Assembly: GCF_006345805.1 (NCBI RefSeq)
Contig: NC_042997.1
Span: 189,472,001-189,536,000, forward strand
Origin: Octopus sinensis
Lineage: Eukaryota
Length of the DNA: 64,000 nucleotides
Direction of reading: 5' to 3'
Part shown: positions 28,215 to 41,065 of the stretch, piece by piece
Numbering within the stretch: position 1 is the stretch's first letter
Layout: every line of letters begins with the position of its first letter
Translations under genes and position numbers: made by a program
The notes under the pieces: model-generated
Told to the model about the DNA's origin: nothing
Seen by the model: only the letters and a program-made list of their open reading frames with translations
Database searches by the model: none

Positions 28215-28660
28215 TTAAGGAAGAGAACTGGCAGAATAATTAGCGCGCTGCATAAAATGCTTGGCGGCATTTCATCCGTCTCCAAGTTCTGTGTTCAAAT
28301 TCCGCCGAGGTTGACTTAGTTTTTTTCATCCTTTTAGGGTCGATAAAATAAGTACCATTTGTGTACTGGGATCGATGTATTCGACTATTCTCCTCCTCCA
28401 AATTTCAGGCCTTGTGCCTTTAGTAGAAAAGGTCGTGTATATTTTCTTTAAGGTGGCGAACTGGCATAATCGTTAGCACACGGGTAAAATCCTTGTCGGC
28501 ATTTCTTCCAGCTCTTTACATTCTCAGTTCAAATTCCGCCGAGGTTGACTTTGCCTTTCATTCTTTTGGGGTCGATAAAATAAGTACCAGTTGAGTACTG
28601 GGGTCGATGTAATCTATTTACCCCCCTCCCCCGAAATTTCTGGCCTTGTGCCAAAATTTG
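28215..28660 (+). mobile_element. Two adjacent older SINE family B-related copies
   Basis: Two heads (ga.ctggca.aat..ttagc...gttcaaattccgccgaggttgact) at ~28220 and ~28455. Confidence 0.8.
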
Positions 28661-28699
28661 ATATCAGAGTGTGTATTGCTTTATCTTATCTTCTATTAC

Positions 28700-28880
28700 T
28701 TGTTTTAGTCACTGGACTGTGGCCATGCTGGGGGCACTATGGTGAACGGTTTCAACGAACAAATCGATCCTAGTGCTTATTTTTTAAAGCTTGGTACTTA
28801 TTTTATCGCAACATTGTTGCTGTACCGCTAAGTGACAGAGGCATAATCAAACCAGCACCGGTTGTCGGGCGGTAATGATT
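28700..28880 (-). mobile_element. SINE family C 3' half
   Basis: Reverse complement of the family C tail (ccagcaccggttgtc...; gtggccatgctggggcac). Confidence 0.65.
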
Positions 28881-29237
28881 GGAAAAGCACAAACACAGTA
28901 GTAACTATTGTGATGTTAAAGCATGTTCTTTGTCTATCTACTTATCCTCTTTGCGATTTTGGATAAAAAGAAAATTATACAAATAAATCCTTTGAATTTA
29001 ACTAAATTCTATATTTTTATGCAGCTGAAGATTGCTCTACATTTTAAATTGATGTAATATTTGCATTGTTCAATTAAATGGATTCGCATGAAATGATCGC
29101 ACTGCATTACCTCTGGATATCATTGTGGCTTATTTTGCTTATAATCACCCCATTTAGAATTATATGGATAATACCATACTAAATTCTGGTGCCTTTAACT
29201 TAAGTACCATTTTCATCTGAATCTAAATTTTACCGAA

Positions 29238-29295
<58 letters not shown>

Positions 29296-29789
29296 CTATA
29301 TATAGAGGGATTACCACTATGTGGACACCCTAATACTAGAATTAGATCCGCTATGGTCTTACCACTAAAAATTGTTCTCTAGAAGATTTAGCAAACACCA
29401 GAAACGTAAGCGAGCAAGACAAATGAAAAGTAACAAAAATATAGATTAGTCATAAACAATGTTTCACTATTAACAAATTACGTAATTTTACTTACACAAT
29501 TCATCTGTACATCTTCAGTATGATCGTCCATACAAATATAATTTGCAGAACTACACACTATACATCCGCACGAGGTCGAACATGTATGTAGTTCTACCTA
29601 TTACACTTGTGGTTATTTTTCAAAAGTTCTCGTTTTGGTGCGCTAAATTACCGGAAATAATACTGCATAAAATAATTTACTGAAGTAGCTTTTGCCGGTT
29701 TGATAACGTAGTAATTTAAAATTAAAATTAAAATGCGGGTGAAAAATTGGATATTAATCTGATATTAATTTGAAACATCTATTTAACAC

Positions 29790-30214
29790 CAGTAGTCTAG
29801 ACACAATCAGGAGAACCCAGTCATGGCTGTCAGACAATTTCTGCGACCACATCACCCCTAAGATCTGGCCAAGTAACTCCCCGTACTGCAACCCCCTTGA
29901 TTATTATGTGTGGGGGAGCAGTTGAGTGTGAGAATAATAAAACTACTTGCAACACCAAAGATGAACTAAAGGCAAGGATTTTGGCAGCATTCACCAACTT
30001 AAACAAGGAGGCTGTCCAGAAGAGTTGCAGATGATTCCAAAGTCGTCTGGAGAACGTGGTTGAAGCCAATGGCAATTTTATTGAATAAATTTACTCTTTA
30101 GTATTTCAAGATATTTTTATGTACTTTTAGTAAATATATCTGTTAAAATGAGATATGAGTGGTATTTTCTTTTTTGCGCAATTTAGACAACAATATACTA
30201 ATCGCACCTTGTAT
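29790..30214 (+). mobile_element. Tc1/mariner transposase 3' fragment with right terminus
   Basis: Reads TQSWLSDNFCDHITPKIWPSNSPYCNPLDYYVWGAVE...ELKARILAAF...SRLENVVEANGNFIE*, a WPxxSPDxNPLDY-type motif; ends ...cgcaccttgTA in a TA tract. Confidence 0.8.
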
Positions 30215-30232
30215 ATATATATATATATATAT

Positions 30233-30735
30233 GCCAAGCTAATATGGCAGACCATAAATATAGGAGGAAAGCTGCTGTTGATTAGCTCCAAGAGGCCGTT
30301 GCCGAACCTGTGGCCATAACTATTAATATCCAGTACCGCTGCCGTAGTCTCCTTTAGAGAGACTTGGAAATAATATTTCTATTTTTGTAAACCAGTGGAT
30401 GTATTCCACTGAATTTAGGCAAATAATCCTTCGAACAGATGGTCAGTAGCGACACCTGCTGGGTTCGGCTACTCTGCATTGATAAATGGCAAATATTCTG
30501 AAACATGTCTGCAGATGCCTGACCAGCAAAGGGAAGCGGCTGACCTCCCCTGTTCGAAGGTTATAATGGACGCAGGTTCGTGTGCCATATAGCTAGCTAG
30601 AGGCGATGGCCTATTGGAGCTAATCAACGGCAGCTTTCATCCTCTATTTATGGACTGACATATTAGCTTGGCGATAACTATTAATGTCCAGTAACGCTGC
30701 CGTAGTATCCTTTAGAGAGACTTAGAAATAATAAT
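30233..30735. mobile_element. (TA)n-flanked structured element with A-B-core-inverted A-B layout
   Basis: 30233-30303 is inverted at 30602-30672; 30315-30375 is directly repeated at 30674-30733; internal inverted pair ccttcgaacag/ctgttcgaagg (30428/30550). Confidence 0.7.
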
Positions 30736-31056
30736 ATTTATATATATATATTATATATATTATATATATATCCTATAGTAGAAATTGTGTGTATAGGTAA
30801 ATGTACGACCGCTACCATTATGTTTAGAGCTCTACGTAGATTTTCACGATCCACTCTACTTTCTGATAGTACTTCAGCACTAAGTGATATTTTCCTGTAT
30901 CATGTATATACACACGCACATAAATACAAAAACACACACGCACAAACACACACACACACACACACACATACAAACATATATTATTTGCATAATTCTTTTT
31001 CCCGGTACTAATACGTCTTACGAATAAGTCTGGGAAAAAGGGAAGACAAAGTAGAC

Positions 31057-31059
<3 letters not shown>

Positions 31060-31121
<62 letters not shown>

Positions 31122-31129
31122 CATCATCA

Positions 31130-31163
<34 letters not shown>

Positions 31164-31164
31164 G

Positions 31165-31226
<62 letters not shown>

Positions 31227-31273
31227 CATTATGATCGTCATCATTATGATCATCATCATCATCATCATCATCA

Positions 31274-31333
<60 letters not shown>

Positions 31334-31360
31334 TATTATTATTATTATTATCATCATTAT
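31060..31360. repeat. (TTA)n/(TCA)n array
   Basis: Direct reading. Confidence 0.95.
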
Positions 31361-31374
31361 CATAGTACCATATG

Positions 31375-31950
31375 ACTGATGTTTTTATTGCAGACAGTTT
31401 TGATTAAGATGTTGGCATATTTTACTTCTTATCTGTCTTCAAACCTCAACACTTGAACCAATCAAACTCCACTTGAGGTAGCAACGCTGAGACCTTGGTG
31501 GAAGCTATGATTTAAGACTAACTGTTAATGCTGTATATCAAGTGTAGAGGATAGACCTGTCTACTTATGCCGTTCATTGGGAACTAAATAAGTGTAAGAA
31601 ACTTAAATTGTCTTGTTACAGCTGTATAGTTTTATAAGTAAAGTTTTGAATAAGAAAAAGTAAAAAACAAAACCCTCTGGTTTATTAGTTGCAAGCAGAG
31701 AGAATATTTTTACTTTATTGATATCAACACTTTCGAAATGCCATTAAAACAAATTTTTTTTCCTGTATATTGAATTAAATGAGTATCCTGCCAACTTTTC
31801 TGCTTGTAAACAGCGGAAGCAATAACCAGAATCGTAGTAGTAGCACTTGTTGTTAGGATATAAACGCCAACATCGGCAACATCCTCGTAAATACTCTTTT
31901 GACACATCTGATATGAACATATTACAATTATACACCAGTGGGGGAATTAT
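31375..31950. repeat. Unclassified ~570-bp dispersed repeat, copy 1
   Basis: Colinear with ~54872-55440 (tgatgtttttattgcagacagttttgattaagatg...cgcca.catc.gcaaca). Confidence 0.85.
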
Positions 31951-32059
31951 TAAGCAGTCTTTCGACCTACTAGAAGAAGAAGCCAGCTAAAGCCTACTGT
32001 TTTTGTTTTAGTCAAGAAAGGACGCATTGGATAATGTGTTACTAGACAAAGAAAAGACA

Positions 32060-32145
32060 GTGTTCCGGAAAGAAAAGCCTGCGTTCCGGTAAGAAAAGCC
32101 TGTGTTCCGGAAAGAAAAGCCTGTGTTCCGGAAAGAAAAGCTTGT
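32060..32145. repeat. 21-bp minisatellite (gttccggaaagaaaagcctgt) x4
   Basis: Direct reading. Confidence 0.9.
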
Positions 32146-33394
32146 GTTGTTGCAGTTGTTTCAGTCGTTGGAATTAGCTGTTCAAACTCCCACAAATGAA
32201 AGACTATCATGTTAAAAGAGCAAGAGCACAGTTGATTATGTAGTCCTATATAGCGTAGCCTGGAAAAAGGACTCCAAGGTAATGACTGGAATGCATCTGA
32301 GATGTCCGCCCAACCAGAGCTGGACCTGAGGCTAAAAAAACAACGATGACAACTGCCTTTACAATAACTGACATTCATCAGTATTTATATTAGAGAATCA
32401 TTTAGTCTAGTCTTAGTCGAGCATTGTAAGTAAAGTGGCGATTATATTTTATTGAGTATCTGTATTACGTAATTATATGATTGAATTACTGTATATAATG
32501 TAATGAATGCGAAAGAGATTAAACGTTATATCGTCACCAGCCTACATTTGAATATGATAGGCTTAAGATAAAAAATAAATAAATAAACTGTAGGATTTGA
32601 AGAAACAAAAGCCGTCTGGATGAGCAATTAGTAGGTATACAGGGTTGAAAAGTGGGATAGATTTGTGGTTCTGAGAAAGAGGAACTATCTAAAATTTTTG
32701 ATAAACGTTTTCGTCGAAGAGCGATTTTTTCCCCTTAAGATACCAAATAGACAGGTTAGAAGCAGTGAGTACAAGAAAGAAATAACAGAAAATATTGAAG
32801 AATATTGGAAAAGTGAGAGGCGAAAATAATGAAAAGTTGGGAGAAGCATGTCGGAAAGTAAAACATGGATTAGTAGGAAAACGGCAAACAACGATGGTAT
32901 GGCATGGTTAAGGAGTAAGAAGTTCGTTTCGAAATTACGTGGTTCGAATTTAATCATACTACACAGTACTTTGGACATCTGCCTTTGGCCATGTTGACCA
33001 ACGCCTTGTGAGTGTAACTTGGTTGACAGAAACTGAAAGGGAACCCACCAGAGGGACTGTTTCTGTTATAGGTGGTAGACTTACTCTGGTTCTTGGGTTC
33101 CTTTACTGCGGTTCATTCTACTGCAAACATTCAGACAAGATTTCTGAATCGAGAACAACTTTGTTTTTCCCTCCAATGGTCTTGGAGGCTTTGAAAACAG
33201 GTCATGTATGCAACTATTTCCCCTCCAAACGAGTGATGTAAGAAAAAAACAAAACATCCCGACCGCATGGTTCCGGGTTCAGTTCCACTGAATTCAGTAA
33301 CCAGTTACTAGGGTAGCAAAATTCACGCAAGTAGCAAGGATGTAGCCACCTATTCAAAGGTAGAAACTCTGGGTTAATGTGCAGTAATTTGTAT

Positions 33395-33454
33395 AGTAAA
33401 TAAATGGAGTTGAACGCAGATGTTAACATCTGCGTTCAACTCCTTTTATTTACT
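33395..33454. repeat. 38-bp perfect palindrome extended to ~60 bp
   Basis: ggagttgaacgcagatgtt|aacatctgcgttcaactcc (33406-33443), flanked by agtaaataaa / tttatttact. Confidence 0.95.
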
Positions 33455-33489
33455 TATACTATATATATATATATATATATTATTATATG

Positions 33490-33620
33490 TAGAAAAAAAT
33501 ACAACCTGGGACAAGAACGCAAAACACTTAGAAGACGATACAAAAAAACGGACGGGACATTCGAAGCCCTCAATCTTCAGTCAAGAACCGGATCATCGTA
33601 GCAATTTCGGCTGATTAATA
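33490..33620 (-). mobile_element. (TA)n-flanked short probable PLE pseudo-LTR (family B motif at 33556-33580)
   Basis: Reverse complement reads cagccgaaattgcta...ctgaagattgagggcttcgaatgtcccgtcc; homologous to 21310-21470. Confidence 0.55.
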
Positions 33621-33686
33621 TATATATATATTATATATATATTATATATATATATAATATATATATATAATATATATATATATAAT

Positions 33687-33722
<36 letters not shown>

Positions 33723-34134
33723 CCTATGTGTGTGTCTTTGTTTCTGTATTTGTCCCCCCATCACCGTTTGACAACTGGTGTTGGTGTGTTTACATCTCTG
33801 TAACTTAGTGGCTCGGCAAAAGACACCGATAGAATAAGTACTAGGCTTAAAACGTATGTCCTGGGGTCGATTCGTTCAACTAAAATCCCTGAAGGTGGTG
33901 CCCCAGCATGACCGCAGTCATATGACTGAAACAAGCAAAAGAACACACGAATAAAAGAATAACTGAGTAAAAACCGGGAAAGGGAAGACAACCAGAGATG
34001 ATAAACATCTACGCTATACAAAACGGGTCTTTCTCAAACAACAGGGCATGTATTGAAAGTTCATAATTAATTCATAGTGAACTAATTAAGCATGTCTACT
34101 TGTTAGTAAAATTTTTAAAAACTATATTAAGTAA

Positions 34135-34625
<491 letters not shown>

Positions 34626-35554
34626 ACGATGAGAATATCTTCAATATTTTAATATATTCATTATGAAAAGTTACTGAGTTGATACTACTATAATCATCTG
34701 CAATCAAAGACTATCCATAATCAAAAACTTTCCGGTCTTGAACAACACGTCTTTTCCCTGCTACCTTACAAAGCGTGCAACCAGTACCATATGATCCAAT
34801 ATTTTCTTAGTAAGTCGAAAGATAATGATTTAGCTGCTAGTTGTAGCAAGTCCGTATGGCCGCATTGACTCCAGCGCTTCTGAAACATTACACTGTAATA
34901 CGAGGTGTCATCAGAGAGCAGACTGCGTGAAAGGTACTTAATGCTATTCATCTAATTAGATCAAATAAATAGGAAACTATCAATTGAATGGTGTACTTGA
35001 TGACTGAGGATGTATATAATATCCTGAAATCAGATGTCTTACGCTATACAAAGTTTGTTACCTTCTACCATGAGATTTCGTTTTACATGTTGACTTCAAT
35101 AAATACCAGTAACTCACGCATTTATTGTAAATGATTAAGTGCTATATATATTTGAAATTGTTTTATGTTTATTTAGGAATGGTCATTTTGCCAGTTTAGC
35201 CAATAAAAACACACGCACTATATATTTGGTGTTAATTTGCTTCAGCGTTATTTATGTTTTACATTAATCTTAATCCTATTTCGGCCAGAGTTCTTTTGTC
35301 ACATTTCTGTGACCTCATCAGTGGTCTTTTGCTTTCTTCTTTCTTATTTGTGTGTCTCTCCTTACTAACGGTCAGTTTATTGGCTAAACTGGCAAAATGA
35401 CCATTCCTAAATATAACAACATCTGTTTCAACACACGATTTCACATCAAGAATCTTGCAAAATAAATATATAAACGTAGTATTTTATGTTTAATTTTATC
35501 TAAAAAGTATTTTAGTATATCTCAGATCTATTTATCTGTTATCTTCTATCTGCT

Positions 35555-36575
35555 TCAGTGATTTGACGGCGGTCATACTTGAGCACCACCTTCAAGGTTT
35601 TTTTTTATTCGAACAAATCGACCCCAGGACTTTTCTTTTTAAAGTCTAGTACTTATTCTATCGGTATCTTTTGCTGAACTGCTAGCTTACGGGGACGTAA
35701 ACACACCAACACTGATTGTCAAGCGGTGTTGAAAGACAAACACAAACACTAATACACACGCACACACACATACGCACACGCACATACACATACACACACG
35801 CACAAACACACACACACACATATGGGACAGGCTTCTTTCAGTTTCCATCTACCGAGTCCACTCACAAGGCTTTGGTTCTTGCCCAAGGCGCAGTGGGACT
35901 GAACCCGGAATAATTGGGTGGGAAAGGAAGCTTCTTATTTCTTTATTGCCCACAAGGGGCTAAACAAAGAGGGGACAAACAAAGACAGACAAAGGGATTA
36001 AGTCGAGTACATCGACCCCAGTGCGTAACTGGTACTTAATTTATCGACCCCGAAAGGATGAAAGGCAAAGTCAACTTCGGCGGAATTTGAATTCAGAACG
36101 TAACGGCAGACGAAATACCTATTTCTTTATTACCCACAAGGGGCTAAACACAGAGGGGACAAACAAGGACAGACAAACGGATTAAGTCGATTATATCGAC
36201 CCCAGTGCGTAACTGGTACTTAATTTATCGACCCCGAAAGGATGAAAGGCAAAGTCAACTTCGGCGGAATTTGAATTCAGAACGTAACGGCAGACGAAAA
36301 ACCTATTTCTTCATTACCCACAAGGGGCTAAACACAGAGGGGACAAACAAGGACAGACAAACGGATTAAGTCGATTATATCGACCCCAGTGCGTAATTGG
36401 TACTTAATTTATCGACCCCGAAAGGATGAAAGGCAAAGTCGACCTCGGCGGAATTTGAACTCAGAACGTATCGGCAGACGAAATACGGCTACGCATTTCG
36501 CCCGGTGTGCTAACGTTTCTGCCAGCTCGCCGCCTTAAGGAATGGAAGCTTCTTACCACACAGCTACACCTGTGC
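35555..36575 (-). mobile_element. SINE family C carrying a nested trimeric SINE B
   Basis: Family C sequence at 35555-35935 resumes at ~36556 (ccacacagctacacc). Confidence 0.75.
35937..36538 (-). mobile_element. SINE family B trimer (3 x 184-bp units + head) with 17-bp TSD
   Basis: Units start at 35937, 36121 and 36305; flanked by ggaaaggaagcttctta (35921-35937) and ggaatggaagcttctta (36539-36555). Confidence 0.9.
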
Positions 36576-37310
36576 TTATGTTTATCAGTTTTATACCACC
36601 AAATATTGTTATTGCTTATCCTTATTCGGTACTAAGCAAGTAGATCTATGTTCAAAATTGTTCTGTCTGTTATTATACTTACTGTATCTAAACGTAATGT
36701 ATCTAAAATTACGCTGTCTTGCGTATCATTTCTTTTCTTAGGCAGTGGGATTTGGTTTGAGGGAGGATTGGCTGCTTTTTCTAGCAGTTCATGCAAAACA
36801 TAGAGGCTCGATTTGTTGATCCGATTGAGATGCATAAGAACTTTGTAGATGACTGTTAATTGTCAAGTATTATTGTGTTTATTTCATGTTTTGTATACCT
36901 AACTAGCTGACGTACCATAAAAGTTGATGTGAAACAGAATTCTATTGTGTATGCTTGATAACATCTTTGATACAAGGAAATAAATATAAGGTAACCAATG
37001 TGATATTTATTCAACTCTTATCGAGATCTACTTTGCATGTAGTTCTTTCAGGACCCATAAAATATGATCCAGTCAAGTAGGGTGATCAATTTATTCGACC
37101 ACATCATCTTTTAAACTGTATAACTTTGTGCCTATGAGAAAAATGAATATTTATACAGATATCAAGGAAACGAAGTAGCAAGATTTTTCGAGCACCGGAG
37201 AAGAGCCTTACAAGTATTTAGTTCTGTCACTTTATGTTCTGAGTTCAAAAACAACCATAAGCAACTTTGCTTTTCCCCTTTTCTGAGATCAATGAAACAA
37301 TTATATGCCA

Positions 37311-37820
37311 CTGGCAGTATCGCCCGGCGTTGCTCGGGTTTGTAAGGGAAATAACTATATAAGCATTTTTAGAGAGTTACTTCCCGTATAGATGCCAATT
37401 CGGGCTTTCTTAGCCATTTCTGTTTTGGTGTCTTCAAGCCATGAAGTCGTTGTTCTAAAAGAACGCTGGTCTCCTTGACAACGCATTACGACGTTGATTT
37501 CTTTAAACTCCCTTCCCCACAGCTTCACGAGGGAGGGAAGGGGGAGAAGCAAACAGGTGCAGCTGTGAGCGTGGACGCCAACTCCGCCGCCATCGACACA
37601 CGAAAAATTATGCATTAAAATGGAATAAAAAATGATGTTAAATTATTTTTAAAATCGTAGACTCATCGTTGACGCGCGCTAATAGCCAGACGGGCTCGAT
37701 ATGAATCACGACTATAAGATACCCGAATTTGGTTAAACTGCACCGCAAAATGTGGGAGGAGTTAGGAATCTAAATCGAAGGGGACAGACACTCACACAAC
37801 TAGAGTTTTATATATATAGA
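37311..37820 (-). mobile_element. Non-autonomous Helitron, copy A
   Basis: Minus strand starts A|TCTATATATATAAAA and ends with hairpin cccgagcaacgccggg then CCAG|T (CTAG in copy B). Confidence 0.75.
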
Positions 37821-37831
37821 TATGCTACAAT

Positions 37832-38289
37832 AACGGCGTTGAGCTGGCAGAAACGTTTGCACGCCAGGCGAAATGCTTATCGGTATTTCGTCTGCCGTTA
37901 CGTTCTGAGTTTAAATTCCGCCGGGGTCGACTTTGCCTGTCATCCTTTCGGGGTCGATAAATTAAGTACCAGTTACACACTGGGGTCGATGTAATCGATC
38001 TAATTCCTTTGTCTGTCCTTGTTTGTCCCTCTATGTTTAGCCCCTTGTGGGCAATAAAGAAATAAGAAACGTTAGCACGCCGGGCGAAATACGTAGCCGT
38101 ATTTCGTCTGACATTACGTTCTGAGTTCAAATTCCGCCGAGGTCGACTTTGCCTTTCATCCTTTCGGGGTCGATAAATTAAGTACCAGTCACGCACTGGG
38201 GTCGATGTAATCGACTTAATCCCTTTGTCTGTCCTTGTTTGTCCCCTCTGTGTTTTGCCCCTTGTGGGTAGTAAAGAAATATATTTGCC
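37832..38289 (+). mobile_element. SINE family B dimer with 12-bp TSD
   Basis: atatgctacaat at 37820-37831 and 38290-38301. Confidence 0.88.
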
Positions 38290-38603
38290 ATATGCTACAA
38301 TCTGTGACCGTGTACATAAGTTAAAAATTATTACCGTTATATATATATTGAAAAGAACTACTCGACTGTTTTATGGAAAATCCTCTTTAAATTATGATAC
38401 CTAACCACGGATGTTTTGTTAATTTTTACGCTAAATTACATGTATCATATTATAAAGAAAACATTAGAAAAATACGATAACTTTTCCAGTTATGTTTTAC
38501 ACAAGATAAACATGATTTTTACTATCAATTAGGAAAAGCAAGGCAAGAATTATAGCTCATAGCTCTAATTCTATCATTACACCTAGAAATTAATTTTCTG
38601 CAG

Positions 38604-38681
38604 GTGACCATGGCAGTATAGCGAAGAAAATTAATTACAAAAATTCACCAAAGCAATACAATGAAATTACTATCAAAAGGT
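38604..38681 (+). CDS. Candidate isolated 78-nt phase 1-1 exon (xDHGSIAKKINYKNSPKQYNEITIKRx), product unknown
   Basis: Acceptor ttaattttctgcag| and donor T|gtaaga; length divisible by 3; only one frame open. No recognisable homology. Confidence 0.25.
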
Positions 38682-39530
38682 GTAAGAAATTAGAAATAAT
38701 TTATTTTTTGTTTTAATAAAATATATTCATCTGTTAATTAGCTGTAATTATGTTATTTCCTTTCATCATTTACAAATGAAAGCTGCAATACAAACCTAGT
38801 GGAGGTCATGCTTGATATACCATAAAAATACCAAGCAACTGAGTCTATTCGATGCTTAATATGTTAGATATATTGGTATAACGATATCTTTCAACGGATA
38901 AGGAAACTGCAGATATTATTAAGAACAAAAAATGCCAAGCCTTATTGAAATACTGAAACGCTTCCTAGACTTTTAGTTGAATATATTCTTTCACTCTCGC
39001 CCTGTACATGTACTAATAAATGGGTTGCCGCGAAGAAAAGCCTGCAATGACGGTTACCTAAACCACGCTTTCTCATGTATCTCTTTAGAATTCTGTCGAG
39101 GTTGACTTTGCCTTTCATCATTTCGGTGTCGTTAAAATAAGTAGCAGTTGAGCGCTGGGATCAATGTAATCGACTTACGCTCTCCCTCAAAATTGCTGGC
39201 CTTGTGCCAAAATTCGAAACCTATATTGGAAAGGCTGCGATCTGGGTGTGAAAGAGTGGAATGAAAACTCAAGGGCGAAATAGAAAAAAAGAAGAAAAAA
39301 ACAACAACGAAGAGCTACAAGTAAAACCATTCAGAATACTACCTCAGTTGTTGGATATAAAAGCGATTATGAAAAAACAAAAACAAAAACAAACAAAAAA
39401 CAGCTAAAAAGAAATCCATATGTATTAGTAATGAGAAATGCAAGAAATTAGGGATATATAGATACACCCACTTAATTAAAAAATATGTTAATATAAAGAA
39501 GGTGTTATCTAATAGGGATGTATATATATA

Positions 39531-39926
39531 CTAGCAGTATCGCCCGGCGTTGCTCGGGTTTGTAAGGGAAATAACTATAAAGCATTTTTAGAGAGTTATA
39601 GCCAAAAAACAGCAAAAAAATGCATTAAAAATGGAAAAAAATTATGGTAAATTTTTTTTTAATCGTTGACTCATCGTAGACAGTTTTAGAGAGTTACTTC
39701 CCTTTATTTAAAAAATATGCTTTAAAATGGAAAAAAATTATGGTAAATTATTTTAAAAATCGTAGACTCATCGTAGACGCGCGCTAATACCCAGAAGGGC
39801 TCGATATGAATCACGACTATAAGATACCCGGTTTTGGTTAAACTGTACCGCAAAATGTGGGAGTAGTTAGGAATCTAAATCGTAGGAAACAGACACTCAC
39901 ACAACTTCACTTATATATATATATAT
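39531..39926 (-). mobile_element. Non-autonomous Helitron, copy B
   Basis: Same termini as copy A, with intact hairpin + CTAG|T; internal AT-rich unit tandemly duplicated. Confidence 0.78.
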
Positions 39927-39927
39927 A

Positions 39928-40094
39928 CTGTTGTGTCTGAGGAGAGTCATTTTCTTTTTGTGCCTTATAATTTTAACACACTCACCGGTAAAATTTCCAC
40001 TTAATTTTATTCTTATTTTTATGGAAATTTTACCGGTGAGTGTGTTAAATTATAAGGCACCCCGCCAAAAAATGACTCTCCTCAGACACAATAG
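39928..40094. mobile_element. Foldback MITE (~70-bp inverted arms)
   Basis: ctgttgtgtctgaggagagtcatttt...cactcaccggtaaaatttcca pairs with tggaaattttaccggtgagtg...aatgactctcctcagacacaatag. Confidence 0.8.
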
Positions 40095-40739
40095 AATATG
40101 CTTCAACACACGAACTCATATAAAGAATCTTGCAAACCAAATACAAAAACGAAATATATATATATATATCACTCTTAAACATACATGCATGCAAGCATAC
40201 ATACATATATACATGCGTGTATATAAATATAAATGAATATATATATATGTATAAGTAATATGTTCGTATGAATAACTACATATGTATGTGTGTATATGTG
40301 CACGTATTATTTAAAGGGGTTTGATTCAGCCCATGAACTTTGAACTTTATTAGGATCGTCGTAGCAGACTAGCTCGTTAGGCACAGGTGACTGAATGCGG
40401 AGACCGTGTGAGTTCCTGAAATGCCAGCGATATTAAATACATCGAATAGAGATCCTAGGCAGACTGGACAGGATGTTGGCGGCATCTCGCTGTCTAAGTA
40501 ATATGGGTGAAAATCTTAAGCGAACCAATTGCCGGTGTGTGTGTGTTTGTGTGCGTGTGTGCGTATGTGCCTGTGTTCGTCTGTGCGTGTGCGTGCGCGT
40601 ATGTGTATACCTACTGTGTGAATGCTTGGATGTGCGTGTCTGTTGTGTATGCATTCGCTCTCTTCACTTTCACACACTCTTTTCTTGCATTCGATCTTAT
40701 GACCGGCCCCACCACCACCACCACCACCACCACCATATA

Positions 40740-41065
40740 TGGCTCAGCGGTTAGATCGTCGAGCTTATGACCGTGAGGTTGTGAGTTCGATTCCCGGACC
40801 GGGCTGCATGTTGTATTCTTGAGCAAGAAACTTTATTTCACGTTGCTCTAGCTAACTCAGCTGTAGGAATGAGTTGCGTCGTCACAAATGCCAAGCTGTA
40901 TCGGCCTTTGCCTTTCCCTTGGATAACATCAGTGGTGTGGAGAGGGGAGGCTGGTACGCATGGGCAACTTCCGGCCTTCCACAAACAACCTTTCCTGGAC
41001 TTGTGGCTCGGAGGGTAACTTTCTAGGTGCAATCCCATGGTCATTCATGACCGAAGGGGATTTCC
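40740..41065 (+). mobile_element. SINE family A, full-length
   Basis: tggctcagcggttagatcg...gagttcgattccc; colinear with 7647-7980. Confidence 0.88.
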
